Below, piece by piece: positions 48,341-56,869 of a stretch of DNA of 64,000 nucleotides; positions within the stretch are counted from its first letter, which is position 1; each line of letters begins with the position of its first letter. The stretch is taken from positions 64,001 through 128,000 of IMG/VR virus record IMGVR_UViG_3300021979_000003. One strand, written 5' to 3'. The DNA comes from a virus. Taxonomy: Duplodnaviria > Caudoviricetes. The notes under the pieces were generated by a model, which saw only the letters and a program-made list of their open reading frames with translations, was not told where the DNA came from and did no database searches. A program made the translations under genes and the position numbers.

Positions 48341-48556
48341 ATGACACACGAAGAAAAATTCACATCACTACTTGGCTCTCTAAGCGGTTCAGAGCAAGCA
48401 TTTATGATCAACATCCCAAGCAACATTGGTAATCCGGTTAAAATGCTATCTCGTAAGGTTCCACAGGGAGCAAAAGTAAAAATCGACGGTTCTGTAATGT
48501 ACGTAAAAGCGCCAGAGTTTACTCACCAAGACGCTGTACTTCTACAGGTATCTTAA
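48341..48556 (+). CDS. small late protein
   Basis: 71 aa, own promoter, SD and terminator. Confidence 0.7.
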   Translation: MTHEEKFTSLLGSLSGSEQAFMINIPSNIGNPVKMLSRKVPQGAKVKIDGSVMYVKAPEFTHQDAVLLQVS

Positions 48557-48559
48557 TTC

Positions 48560-48585
48560 AAAGGGAGGCTTAGCCTCCCTTTTTT
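48560..48585. terminator. bidirectional intrinsic terminator
   Basis: AAAGGGAGGC-TTA-GCCTCCCTTTTTT between convergent genes. Confidence 0.85.
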
Positions 48586-49459
48586 ATACCGCCATTGGTG
48601 GACGTTCTGCTAGAATCGGTGTTTTATTAACTTCCAACCCATTAACTTCAATATCTTCCCACTTCAATTCAATAATATCATCAATCGTATGAAACTCTTT
48701 ATTAATAGTAAGAGTACCGGGAGTGCCCAAATCCCTATGAACAATTTCTTTTGCAAATTCAATTTGATTTTCATACATGTGAATGTCAGTAAGATCACAA
48801 GACATATATCCAACGTTCATATTTGCTAGCTTAGCCATACAAACTAGGTATAGGGCATATTGCTGTCGAGCGAATGACTCACCAAACACAACATCCAGAC
48901 TTCGATTCATTACTTTCATATTTAATGTAACTGAACCATCTTTCTCAGGAATGCATACGAACTGGTGAGAATGCCAACAAGGTGTAAGTGCCATTTGCTT
49001 ACTTTGTGCTGGATTCCAAAACGTTGTAACCATTCTTCTACTATAAGGGTCGTTAAGTAGGGTATTACTGATTTCCATAAGCTGATCAAATTCATCAGAG
49101 AAGTTTCTCCACTGGTATCCGTATGCTTTTCCCATATCGCCAGCAGGTAAGTGTTTTAATCCACGGTTGTCTAGGAATTCTCTGGTTGTGTTGCCTTCCC
49201 AAAACTTAACGCCTTGATCATATAAAATATTCGTATCTGTTAAACCTTTCATAAAGAACCAGAATTCTTTATAGGCCATTGACAGTGGATTAGACCTGAA
49301 TGTTGAGAATGGGAACTGTTTACCCACATTCCATACTAGTTTTCGATCAAATACCTTATAGCATCCAACTCCTGTCCTATCAGGAGTTTTCACGCCATTT
49401 TCTAAAACATCTTTCATAAGGTTGATGTAACCTTGCTCATCGTAGTATACTACTGACAT
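48584..49459 (-). CDS. thyA: thymidylate synthase-family enzyme
   Basis: DRTGVG, AYGYQWR, DPYSRR, WNP, MALTPC, RSLD, DIHMYENQ. Confidence 0.85.
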   Translation of the reverse strand: MSVVYYDEQGYINLMKDVLENGVKTPDRTGVGCYKVFDRKLVWNVGKQFPFSTFRSNPLSMAYKEFWFFMKGLTDTNILYDQGVKFWEGNTTREFLDNRGLKHLPAGDMGKAYGYQWRNFSDEFDQLMEISNTLLNDPYSRRMVTTFWNPAQSKQMALTPCWHSHQFVCIPEKDGSVTLNMKVMNRSLDVVFGESFARQQYALYLVCMAKLANMNVGYMSCDLTDIHMYENQIEFAKEIVHRDLGTPGTLTINKEFHTIDDIIELKWEDIEVNGLEVNKTPILAERPPMAV

Positions 49460-49475
49460 ATTAACCTCTTTTTGC

Positions 49476-49505
49476 TTGCAATTCGATTAAGAACTATGAT
49501 ACCAT
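49476..49505 (+). promoter_or_regulatory. sigma70-type promoter
   Basis: TTGCAA-N18-TACCAT with TG extension. Confidence 0.45.
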
Positions 49506-49529
49506 AGATTAAATTATAGGAAAGGTCTT

Positions 49530-50606
49530 ATGTACAAAAATATTTTTATTGATTGGTTTGAAAACGTATTCTCTGGTGAAATGGTCCGTGACGACATGGT
49601 AGATACAGTTGAAGATTCTCCATGGCACCGCGAAGACAACGTATGGGTTCACACCGAAATGGTAGTGAATCATTATGTCAACATGTCACCGAACACATGG
49701 GATAAGCTGGACCTTATTGGGGCGCTTATGTGTGCGTTCCATGACACCGGTAAGCCGATGGCAGAAGAAGTGGTTACTCGCAGTGATGGTACTGAATATC
49801 GCCGTTACGGAAATCACGATACTATGTCTGGTAACATCTTTATCGATTATTATCTCAAAAATCGTGATATGGAAGTGTTCAAGGTTCTGAACGAAACAGA
49901 CGTTTATAACATCTGGGTAATGATTGCGTATCACATGCCGTACAAGATGAAGAACGAACGCCTTGAAGCTTTGAAGGTTCACATGGAAAGGTTTGAGCTT
50001 ACTGAGGTATTCACTCGTGGTGTGTTTGCAGATGCCAAGGGTCGTTTTGCTGACGATCAGGCTAAGACTGAATCTCAGTCAAAGGCTTGGTGTGATCGCT
50101 TTAAAGCACTTGAGGTTAAGGAAAGTGATCGGGACACTTCCAAGAATGTTATTCTGTTGGAAGGTTGCTCTGGGATCGGTAAGACTACTTTGTCCAATGG
50201 GATTATCCGTTTCTATGGTGAAGACAATGTAGCTTATCACTCTATGGATCAGTTGCGCCTTGACGTGTATTCCAGCGATTACAGTGAGGCATTTCGTCTT
50301 TCGACCGAAGATTCTGATTTCGGAAATAAAGTGAATCAGGACTTTGCCAAAAAGCTTAAGTCTCATAGCTACGTACTGGTTGATAACACCAACCTGACAT
50401 GGAAGCGTCGTAATCAGTACTTGAATAACAGTAAAAATGCTGTTAGAATTGCTTATGTCCTTGTGGCAGACTTCAAGACGGTCTTGGACCGTCAGGCAGG
50501 TCGCGAGGATAAGTTTATTCCGTACCATGCAGTCGAGCGTATGTATTACTCTCACCGTCCTGCAATTTACGGGGAAGTTGACCAAGTAATTCTTAAGGGG
50601 TTTTGA
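49530..50606 (+). CDS. HD-domain + polynucleotide-kinase-like (AAA_33) fusion
   Basis: SPWHRE..VWVHT, AFHDTGKP, GNHD; GCSGIGKTT, SMDQLR, LVDNTNL. Confidence 0.8.
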   Translation: MYKNIFIDWFENVFSGEMVRDDMVDTVEDSPWHREDNVWVHTEMVVNHYVNMSPNTWDKLDLIGALMCAFHDTGKPMAEEVVTRSDGTEYRRYGNHDTMSGNIFIDYYLKNRDMEVFKVLNETDVYNIWVMIAYHMPYKMKNERLEALKVHMERFELTEVFTRGVFADAKGRFADDQAKTESQSKAWCDRFKALEVKESDRDTSKNVILLEGCSGIGKTTLSNGIIRFYGEDNVAYHSMDQLRLDVYSSDYSEAFRLSTEDSDFGNKVNQDFAKKLKSHSYVLVDNTNLTWKRRNQYLNNSKNAVRIAYVLVADFKTVLDRQAGREDKFIPYHAVERMYYSHRPAIYGEVDQVILKGF

Positions 50607-51058
50607 TGATTGTAACATTTGGCTTTGATGTTAAAGAAGACCAATTTGTGCCAACTCTAGAACCAAGCATGGATCATGAGGTTTGGATTGATAGGGAAAT
50701 CAATCTACCTCATTTTATTTCAAAAGAATTTTTTGTAACACATTACAGAAAACTCACCTTCATGAAACGCTTTGGATTTGATTTTTCTAAATTGAAGTCC
50801 GAAGACGAGCTATATAAAATTCTAAAACTATCAGGCAACGATCTATATTACGCCTGTCAGCTTCTTACAACACGTAAAAGAACCGCACTGTATACCTCGT
50901 GTAAGTCTCAACTCAAAGACTACATTAAAGGTAAAATCCAAGAACCGGTATGGTCACCCAGACAAACTCGTTGCTTATGTGATGACTTTGGGAAAGAATA
51001 TACAGCAAAGTATATTGCTATTTCCAAATCACTTAACGTAATATCATCATTTACTTAA
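50603..51058 (+). CDS. hypothetical protein
   Basis: 151 aa, ATGA-coupled. Confidence 0.55.
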   Translation: MMIVTFGFDVKEDQFVPTLEPSMDHEVWIDREINLPHFISKEFFVTHYRKLTFMKRFGFDFSKLKSEDELYKILKLSGNDLYYACQLLTTRKRTALYTSCKSQLKDYIKGKIQEPVWSPRQTRCLCDDFGKEYTAKYIAISKSLNVISSFT

Positions 51059-52837
51059 TTTTTCGTTAAGGACATTGTTTATATCTTTAAGCATGTCCTT
51101 AGCTCTTTCCATTTCAGAATCATAGTCAACAACCACATCAGGATATTGATTCAAGAACCACATGAAGATCAACATTTCCTTAACACGTTGTTCAAGATCG
51201 CTTACTGACAGTGAACTAGGTACGCACATAGGACACTGTAAGTTATGTTGTTCTAGCATCTGTTTTACGTAAAGCTTGAATACCGGCATGTCTTTATCGA
51301 TATCAATGGGGCAATTGATAAGCCTATGGAATTCCTTAACCTTCTCTGGATATGTTTTTTCTAAGAATTTGGCAATCATAATCTTATTTTCCATATCGCC
51401 ATGAACAAACATGGAACTTTCAGGGAATCGAGTGTTTTCAGACCAATCAGATAGGATTGTACTTAGGTTATATTTTTCCATGAGCTTATGAATATAATCA
51501 TCAGTGGGTTGGACTTTAAATTTACCATCCTCAATGAACAGTGTTGATTTCATAGCGTCCCTAATATAATTCAAAGAGTCCTTGTTGGTTGCTCCTACAT
51601 ATCCAACGTCAAATATACCATACCTTCCTGCTCTACCTGAGATTTGCTTGGTTAGCATATCACCTAATACGGTGTTGGTTTTACCATTATATTTTTCGTG
51701 CGTAGTAAAAAGTATATGCTCTATTGGTAGGTTCAATCCCATACCTATTGCATCAGTGGTTATCAAAACATCAGTCTCACCATTGATATATCTCTCAGCT
51801 TGAAGCTTGCGTACATCAGAACCAAGTGCACCATAAATCAAAGATGCTTTAACATTCTTAGGCAATTGCTTTTTAAGCTTAAAGATATCTCTTCTCGAAA
51901 ACGTAACAAGTGCTGTATTTTTCTTTATATTATTGATATTAGTAGGATTTCTATCTATTTTTAGCTTAGACTTCCTATCGAAGTGTTTTATTTCTACTTC
52001 ATCATCAAGATATTCTGCTATTTGTTTGATACGTTCATCGTATTCTTTTGGACCGGTTACAATAATAGTTCCTGCGTTCGCACCTACCAATGCTTGAATA
52101 AATGCCCATCCTCTATCAGGATCATCTATCATTTGGATTTCATCGATTATTATTAAATCATAGTCGTTATTGAAGTTGAAGCATTCAACAGTAGATGACA
52201 CACATTGATTATTTTCCACATATCGCCTTTCTTCACCAGTCACCAAAGAGGTTGGTATACCACGGTCATTTAGATAATCATAGTTCTCAAGTGCTAGAAG
52301 ACGCAACGGTGCAAGATATGCAGTATTAAAATTATTAGCTAACTCACTTAATGCCTGAAAGGTTTTTCCTGAATTTGTCTCGCCAAGGTGAGCAACAATC
52401 TTTCTCTTACGCTTCCTAGCCAATGGGAACACATCAGGATAATCAATTACATTCTCGAAATCACTTAATTCATTATCAATAGATGTTTTTTCTATCTGTT
52501 CGATGAGTTCTTTCTGTATCCTTTTAATTTTTTTGTTGTAAGAGTCCACATCTTGTAAGATTGGAACTATATCATTTGGATGTAAATTTTTATAATTATC
52601 CACACAGGATTCTACTATTTTGACTAATTCCTGTTCTTTAGATAACAATTTTGATGTTATGGACTGAAGTTCTTTACTTACATTAGTACTTTTAGGTGTG
52701 TGATTTATTTCCAGTTGATAAGATATGTCATTGATTTTAGTTATTTTATATATGCTATCGTTCTTTAGTTCTATTCCTTCATTGAGTAGTGCTTTGCTTA
52801 ATTCCTTATGTACTTTACGTATTCGACTTGATTTCAT
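51047..52837 (-). CDS. SUV3-like SF2 helicase
   Basis: GETNSGKT, YLAPLRLLA, LVTGEE, STVE, IDEIQM..D.DRGWA, FSRR, IYGAL, TDAIGMGLNLPI, QISGRAGRYG. Confidence 0.85.
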   Translation of the reverse strand: MKSSRIRKVHKELSKALLNEGIELKNDSIYKITKINDISYQLEINHTPKSTNVSKELQSITSKLLSKEQELVKIVESCVDNYKNLHPNDIVPILQDVDSYNKKIKRIQKELIEQIEKTSIDNELSDFENVIDYPDVFPLARKRKRKIVAHLGETNSGKTFQALSELANNFNTAYLAPLRLLALENYDYLNDRGIPTSLVTGEERRYVENNQCVSSTVECFNFNNDYDLIIIDEIQMIDDPDRGWAFIQALVGANAGTIIVTGPKEYDERIKQIAEYLDDEVEIKHFDRKSKLKIDRNPTNINNIKKNTALVTFSRRDIFKLKKQLPKNVKASLIYGALGSDVRKLQAERYINGETDVLITTDAIGMGLNLPIEHILFTTHEKYNGKTNTVLGDMLTKQISGRAGRYGIFDVGYVGATNKDSLNYIRDAMKSTLFIEDGKFKVQPTDDYIHKLMEKYNLSTILSDWSENTRFPESSMFVHGDMENKIMIAKFLEKTYPEKVKEFHRLINCPIDIDKDMPVFKLYVKQMLEQHNLQCPMCVPSSLSVSDLEQRVKEMLIFMWFLNQYPDVVVDYDSEMERAKDMLKDINNVLNEKLSK

Positions 52838-52856
52838 ATATTTTCCTTATGTACTA

Positions 52857-52884
52857 ATTATAGTTATGCATTGCGATATGTCAA
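52857..52884 (-). promoter_or_regulatory. sigma70-type promoter for the SUV3-like helicase
   Basis: TTGACA-N16-TATAAT. Confidence 0.7.
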
Positions 52885-52885
52885 T

Positions 52886-53111
52886 TGAATTTCGTTAGAA
52901 ATTCATCGCAAGACATGTCTTGCGAATATTTATCCCTCTCCTAATATGTAACATGTTTATTATCTGTATTCCATTTCATTCCATACAGATATGAAATATC
53001 ATATAGATATTTCTATTCATCAATAATAATATCTCTTTTGTAACTAAAACTCTTACTTTTTCTTTATAAAGAAATATAAGAAATAGGTTAGACTTTTTAG
53101 GTTAGACTTTC
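52886..53111. repeat. cluster of palindromes and a tandem repeat in the largest intergenic region
   Basis: 8-bp IR 52886..52905; 20-bp perfect palindrome 52906..52925; 9-bp IR 52961..52991; 8-bp IR 52993..53013; 16-bp palindrome 53059..53074; 14-bp direct repeat x2 at 53084..53111. Confidence 0.85.
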
Positions 53112-53112
53112 C

Positions 53113-53140
53113 TTGACAGATCAGAGCTTCATGGTAAATT
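53113..53140 (+). promoter_or_regulatory. sigma70-type promoter
   Basis: TTGACA-N16-TAAATT with TG extension. Confidence 0.6.
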
Positions 53141-53183
53141 CATATCAGTCAGTAAGTCATTCAATTGTAATTTTAGGGATAAT

Positions 53184-54644
53184 ATGTCAGAGAAAACCAA
53201 ACCAATTCAATACCTTAGCTCCCTTACAGGAAGCGGCAAATCAGAACACGTAATTGATAAGATAGCCAAAGATGATCAAAAATATATAATTGTTGCACCA
53301 AACCGTGAACTATGTGATGAACTCTACGCCCGATTAATCTATTCATTTAATACCAATATAGAGCCAGAAGTAGATGCATTAGTAGTTCACCAGAATACAA
53401 ATGACAAACCATCAAAACATTTGAAGAACATTATAGAGAATAATCCTACTGTTAGGATACTCATAACAACTCATGCAGCTTTTTTCTTAATGTTGAACAA
53501 ATCTATTGATGTATCTCAGTGGAATTTGATTCTAGATGAGGAAATGCCTATATTTGAAGAACATGAAATCAACGTAACTAAGTACACCAAATCTATCATA
53601 GAAGATACCTTGAGTTTTGAGAAAGCCCCTGATAGTGGCTTCTATAACGTCAGTTTTTTGACACCTATGTTTGGGTTAAATCATAATGCTGGTGTAGTGA
53701 GGGATTCTTTTTTAAGTAATAAAGCCTTCAGCAAACTATCCAAACATATCCTCGATGACAAGTATGATACTATGGTGTCAGAGGAAAGCCTTGAATACTT
53801 TGATAATGCCGAGTTAGATACGTCAGGTAAGAAGTTTACAAAATTTTATGCTATCTCTATATTGAGAATGGAGATACTATATAAGTTTAAATCTATATTG
53901 GTGCTTTGTTCTTTCTTTGAGAAAACAGTTACTTATAAACTTCTTAAGTGTCTGGGTTGTAAGCTAGAGCCATATTACTATTTGCCTGAAATGAGAGAAC
54001 ATGCTAATACTGAGAAGATCACCATTCATTATTTCTTTGATATGAATTGGAGTACAACGCTTCGAAAGACTAAGGTCAATAAGAAAAAGACGGTAGAAGA
54101 ACTAGTATATGAGAATATTAAAGCACTTATCGGTAATGAAAAGTTCTTATACAATGCTAATGTAAACTTTCGTCAATCGATCAAAGGTGGTACACTTGCT
54201 GCATCAACACACGGTATTAACAAGTATAAGACTTATACTGAATTAGTTTTCATGCCGAGTCTGAATGCCACTAGTGCCACGGTTAAGCTTTTGTCCAAGT
54301 TTGGTATGAAGCGTCAGGACATAGACTTTGCTAGAAACGTTCTAACTGCTTATCAGTTCGCCTCTAGGGGAGCTATACGCGACGTTAATAACACCAAGGA
54401 TGTGAACCTGTATGTAATGGATAAGCGTACTGCGATGTTCCTGAAGAGCGTATTCACCAAGGCTAAAGTACAGCATCATTCTATGGATGATATTGTTAAG
54501 AACAAAGGAACAACAAAGAAGGTTCCAAATAAGGTTAAAAGTTTTATGTCTAGGGTTAGAAAACGATTAAACGATGGTGAGAACGTTCGAGGGAATACCT
54601 TAGATAAGTATAGAGAATACTATGAGGAATATTACAATGGCTGA
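53184..54644 (+). CDS. SF2 helicase-like protein, candidate origin-binding protein
   Basis: SLTGSGKS, IVAPNRELCDEL, LITTH, LILDEE, YQFASRGAIRD; basic C-terminus. Confidence 0.65.
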   Translation: MSEKTKPIQYLSSLTGSGKSEHVIDKIAKDDQKYIIVAPNRELCDELYARLIYSFNTNIEPEVDALVVHQNTNDKPSKHLKNIIENNPTVRILITTHAAFFLMLNKSIDVSQWNLILDEEMPIFEEHEINVTKYTKSIIEDTLSFEKAPDSGFYNVSFLTPMFGLNHNAGVVRDSFLSNKAFSKLSKHILDDKYDTMVSEESLEYFDNAELDTSGKKFTKFYAISILRMEILYKFKSILVLCSFFEKTVTYKLLKCLGCKLEPYYYLPEMREHANTEKITIHYFFDMNWSTTLRKTKVNKKKTVEELVYENIKALIGNEKFLYNANVNFRQSIKGGTLAASTHGINKYKTYTELVFMPSLNATSATVKLLSKFGMKRQDIDFARNVLTAYQFASRGAIRDVNNTKDVNLYVMDKRTAMFLKSVFTKAKVQHHSMDDIVKNKGTTKKVPNKVKSFMSRVRKRLNDGENVRGNTLDKYREYYEEYYNG

Positions 54645-55695
54645 TTTAACCAATATAAAATCTGCGTGGAAAACACCTACTGGATTGACTGTAACAACCT
54701 ATTCACCTACTGATATAGTGGAATTGCAGAAAGTTATTAATATGCTATTGAGTGTTAAGCAGCAAGAATACATTACCGAAATAACATTTTCCAATTGGAA
54801 CGATCCTGCTGTCAGTAAGATAGGAGTAATGATGATAACCCCTGCTATCTTCTTGTCTATAGATGATTACATGATTTTATGTGAGCATTTCAAAGATGAT
54901 AAATCACAGCACAATCATATTGATATATGTGGTAAAGACAAGTTGTACATAGATTCTAATTTCAAAACAGAATCATTTAATACTTTCTTAGAAGTTGTTC
55001 CAAAAGTAAAAGATTTGAAAGCACAATCATTAACGGACGTAAATAAATTGTTGACTGACATGCTTGCTATGAAGCCATTAACTGAAAGTTATCGTTATAC
55101 ATTTCATGAATTAGGTGGAGAATACTTAGTACATAATTCAGAATCCAGTATAAAGAATTGTATGTTTGTAATGTTATCTAAGGTATTCTCTTATTATAAC
55201 CCTCTTATCACTAACATGGAATTTCTAAAGGCTGGTGATAGAAACCTTACTTACTTTCTTTCTAATAACACTTTCATGACCAATAAGTTTGGGAAGAACC
55301 ACTATGATGACAGCACCTACGGTATGTACGCAACACTTTATTCTTCGTTTGTGGAGTATTACCGTAGGATAGCAAGGAATTTAACAGAAACCGATAGGGT
55401 AATGATTATAGACCATTATAGCCGATATGTGGTTTTCAACGAATCATTCATGAACCTTCATAAGGATTCTTGTTGTTATGTGGTTGAATATAATGATAAA
55501 AGATTTTTAGTCATTGAATCCAAAGAACAAATTAAAAATATAAAAAGCCAAGCCAATGACGTTTCTTTATCATTGTCAGATGGTATGTATGTATTGTTTG
55601 AAAAGCATCTAGATAAACTTTATAAGTTAAGTCTTTTGAGGTCTGGATGTGGTGGCTACGATGAAGTGAAGCTAAAAGATGTCCCTTTAAAATAG
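54622..55695 (+). CDS. hypothetical protein
   Basis: 357-aa ORF; start likely the second Met (54637). Confidence 0.6.
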   Translation: MRNITMADLTNIKSAWKTPTGLTVTTYSPTDIVELQKVINMLLSVKQQEYITEITFSNWNDPAVSKIGVMMITPAIFLSIDDYMILCEHFKDDKSQHNHIDICGKDKLYIDSNFKTESFNTFLEVVPKVKDLKAQSLTDVNKLLTDMLAMKPLTESYRYTFHELGGEYLVHNSESSIKNCMFVMLSKVFSYYNPLITNMEFLKAGDRNLTYFLSNNTFMTNKFGKNHYDDSTYGMYATLYSSFVEYYRRIARNLTETDRVMIIDHYSRYVVFNESFMNLHKDSCCYVVEYNDKRFLVIESKEQIKNIKSQANDVSLSLSDGMYVLFEKHLDKLYKLSLLRSGCGGYDEVKLKDVPLK

Positions 55696-55908
55696 GGACA
55701 TCTTACTTAGTTTAGACATAAGTTCAATCTTTTCTTGCACGGTTTCATCTAACATTTCTAATTGATCAAACGACATAGACCATGCTTCTTCATAAGTTAC
55801 ACCACCACCGCTGTAAACCACGGCGGTTATTATTTTCTTGGTGTATGATTTTTCAATGTCACTATATCTATTCAACATTTCGATAACGTGTTTAGGCTCC
55901 GCTATCAA
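55687..55908 (-). CDS. putative baseplate hub assembly protein (gp51-like)
   Basis: 73 aa directly downstream of the gp26-like gene; GVTYEEAWSMS. Confidence 0.45.
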   Translation of the reverse strand: MIAEPKHVIEMLNRYSDIEKSYTKKIITAVVYSGGGVTYEEAWSMSFDQLEMLDETVQEKIELMSKLSKMSLF

Positions 55909-56792
55909 GAGCCAGTTCCGAAAAAATCAGTCGGATTCGTATCAAACGGCTGATCCCATTCATGTCCGCATTCAACACATTTTATTTTTTCTTCACTACG
56001 TACACCATGCTTGTTTATTTCAATTAGTTTATCTCTAATGGCTTCAAACGACTTGTTATCCAATTGCTTAAGCCATTCATAGATTTCATCACGGTCTGTT
56101 TCTACTTCGCCATCTTCAGTAACAATTCTTTGAATACAGTTAGCATATACGTCCATGGTACTCATAGTAAGGTCTTTGAATATCTCATGAATAGATGATA
56201 GAAATTTTACCTCATCTTCCTCTTCAATTTCCTTTTCAGATAGCATCTGATTTAGGTTTTGACGAATCTGTGTGATTTTCTTTTGCTCTTCAAATGCATG
56301 TGCATCTAGAGTCAATGCATCTTGGAAAGATGATGGTCTTAAGTATACTGTCAGACCATCAAGGTTTTCATGATTTATTTTATATTCTTTTTCATGAGGC
56401 TGAACCTCGGATAGTAAATTTTTCAAATTTCTGGAATATGTTTGTTCATGTTCACACTTTGGACAAGTAAGCTCAATTTCTTGTTCCTCACCCTGACTTG
56501 CTAATTTAATGGCTACTAGAAGAACATCTACGTCGGATTTAATCATTTTCTTAACATCTACGTCTGATAGTGTTGTTGAGTCTTTGATTAAGTTTTCTAT
56601 AGCAGTGCCATTTAGTAGTGCTTCTGGATTTTTAAGCATAAGGTCGTTCATCGTAGTCATTGGTAGAACACCAACTTCATTATTACTACTGATATCATTT
56701 GATGATATAAAACCGTCTTCATAAAAGTTGAAACCTGACGGTAGTTCTATATACAACTTGGGTTTTCTATAATATTTTTTAAGAGCAGACAT
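55905..56792 (-). CDS. baseplate hub subunit (T4 gp26-like)
   Basis: RKPKLYIELPSG, VLPMT..DLMLKNPEALLNG, DVDVLLVAIKLAS.GE, CPKC and CVEC. Confidence 0.75.
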   Translation of the reverse strand: MSALKKYYRKPKLYIELPSGFNFYEDGFISSNDISSNNEVGVLPMTTMNDLMLKNPEALLNGTAIENLIKDSTTLSDVDVKKMIKSDVDVLLVAIKLASQGEEQEIELTCPKCEHEQTYSRNLKNLLSEVQPHEKEYKINHENLDGLTVYLRPSSFQDALTLDAHAFEEQKKITQIRQNLNQMLSEKEIEEEDEVKFLSSIHEIFKDLTMSTMDVYANCIQRIVTEDGEVETDRDEIYEWLKQLDNKSFEAIRDKLIEINKHGVRSEEKIKCVECGHEWDQPFDTNPTDFFGTGS

Positions 56793-56820
56793 ATAATCTC
56801 ACCTATCCTCTATAATGTTT

Positions 56821-56848
56821 GATAAATAATTGTAGTATATTATTTATG
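56821..56848. promoter_or_regulatory. opposed late promoters for the gp26-like and tape-measure-like genes
   Basis: GATAAATA on plus (56821..56828); CATAAATA on minus (56841..56848). Confidence 0.6.
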
Positions 56849-56869
56849 GAAGTATAATTTGGGGTTTCT

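Noticed and set aside
50079-50618. 179-aa minus-strand ORF
   Set aside because: Lies fully opposite the HD-kinase gene with no SD or motifs; shadow frame
52802-52855. 13-bp direct repeat TTCCTTATGTACT at 52802 and 52843
   Set aside because: One copy is the SD region and the other is coding; only two copies, so no function can be argued
1087-53140. A fixed 16-bp promoter spacer as a phage-specific feature
   Set aside because: Four promoters have 16 bp but others have 17-18 bp; within normal sigma70 variation
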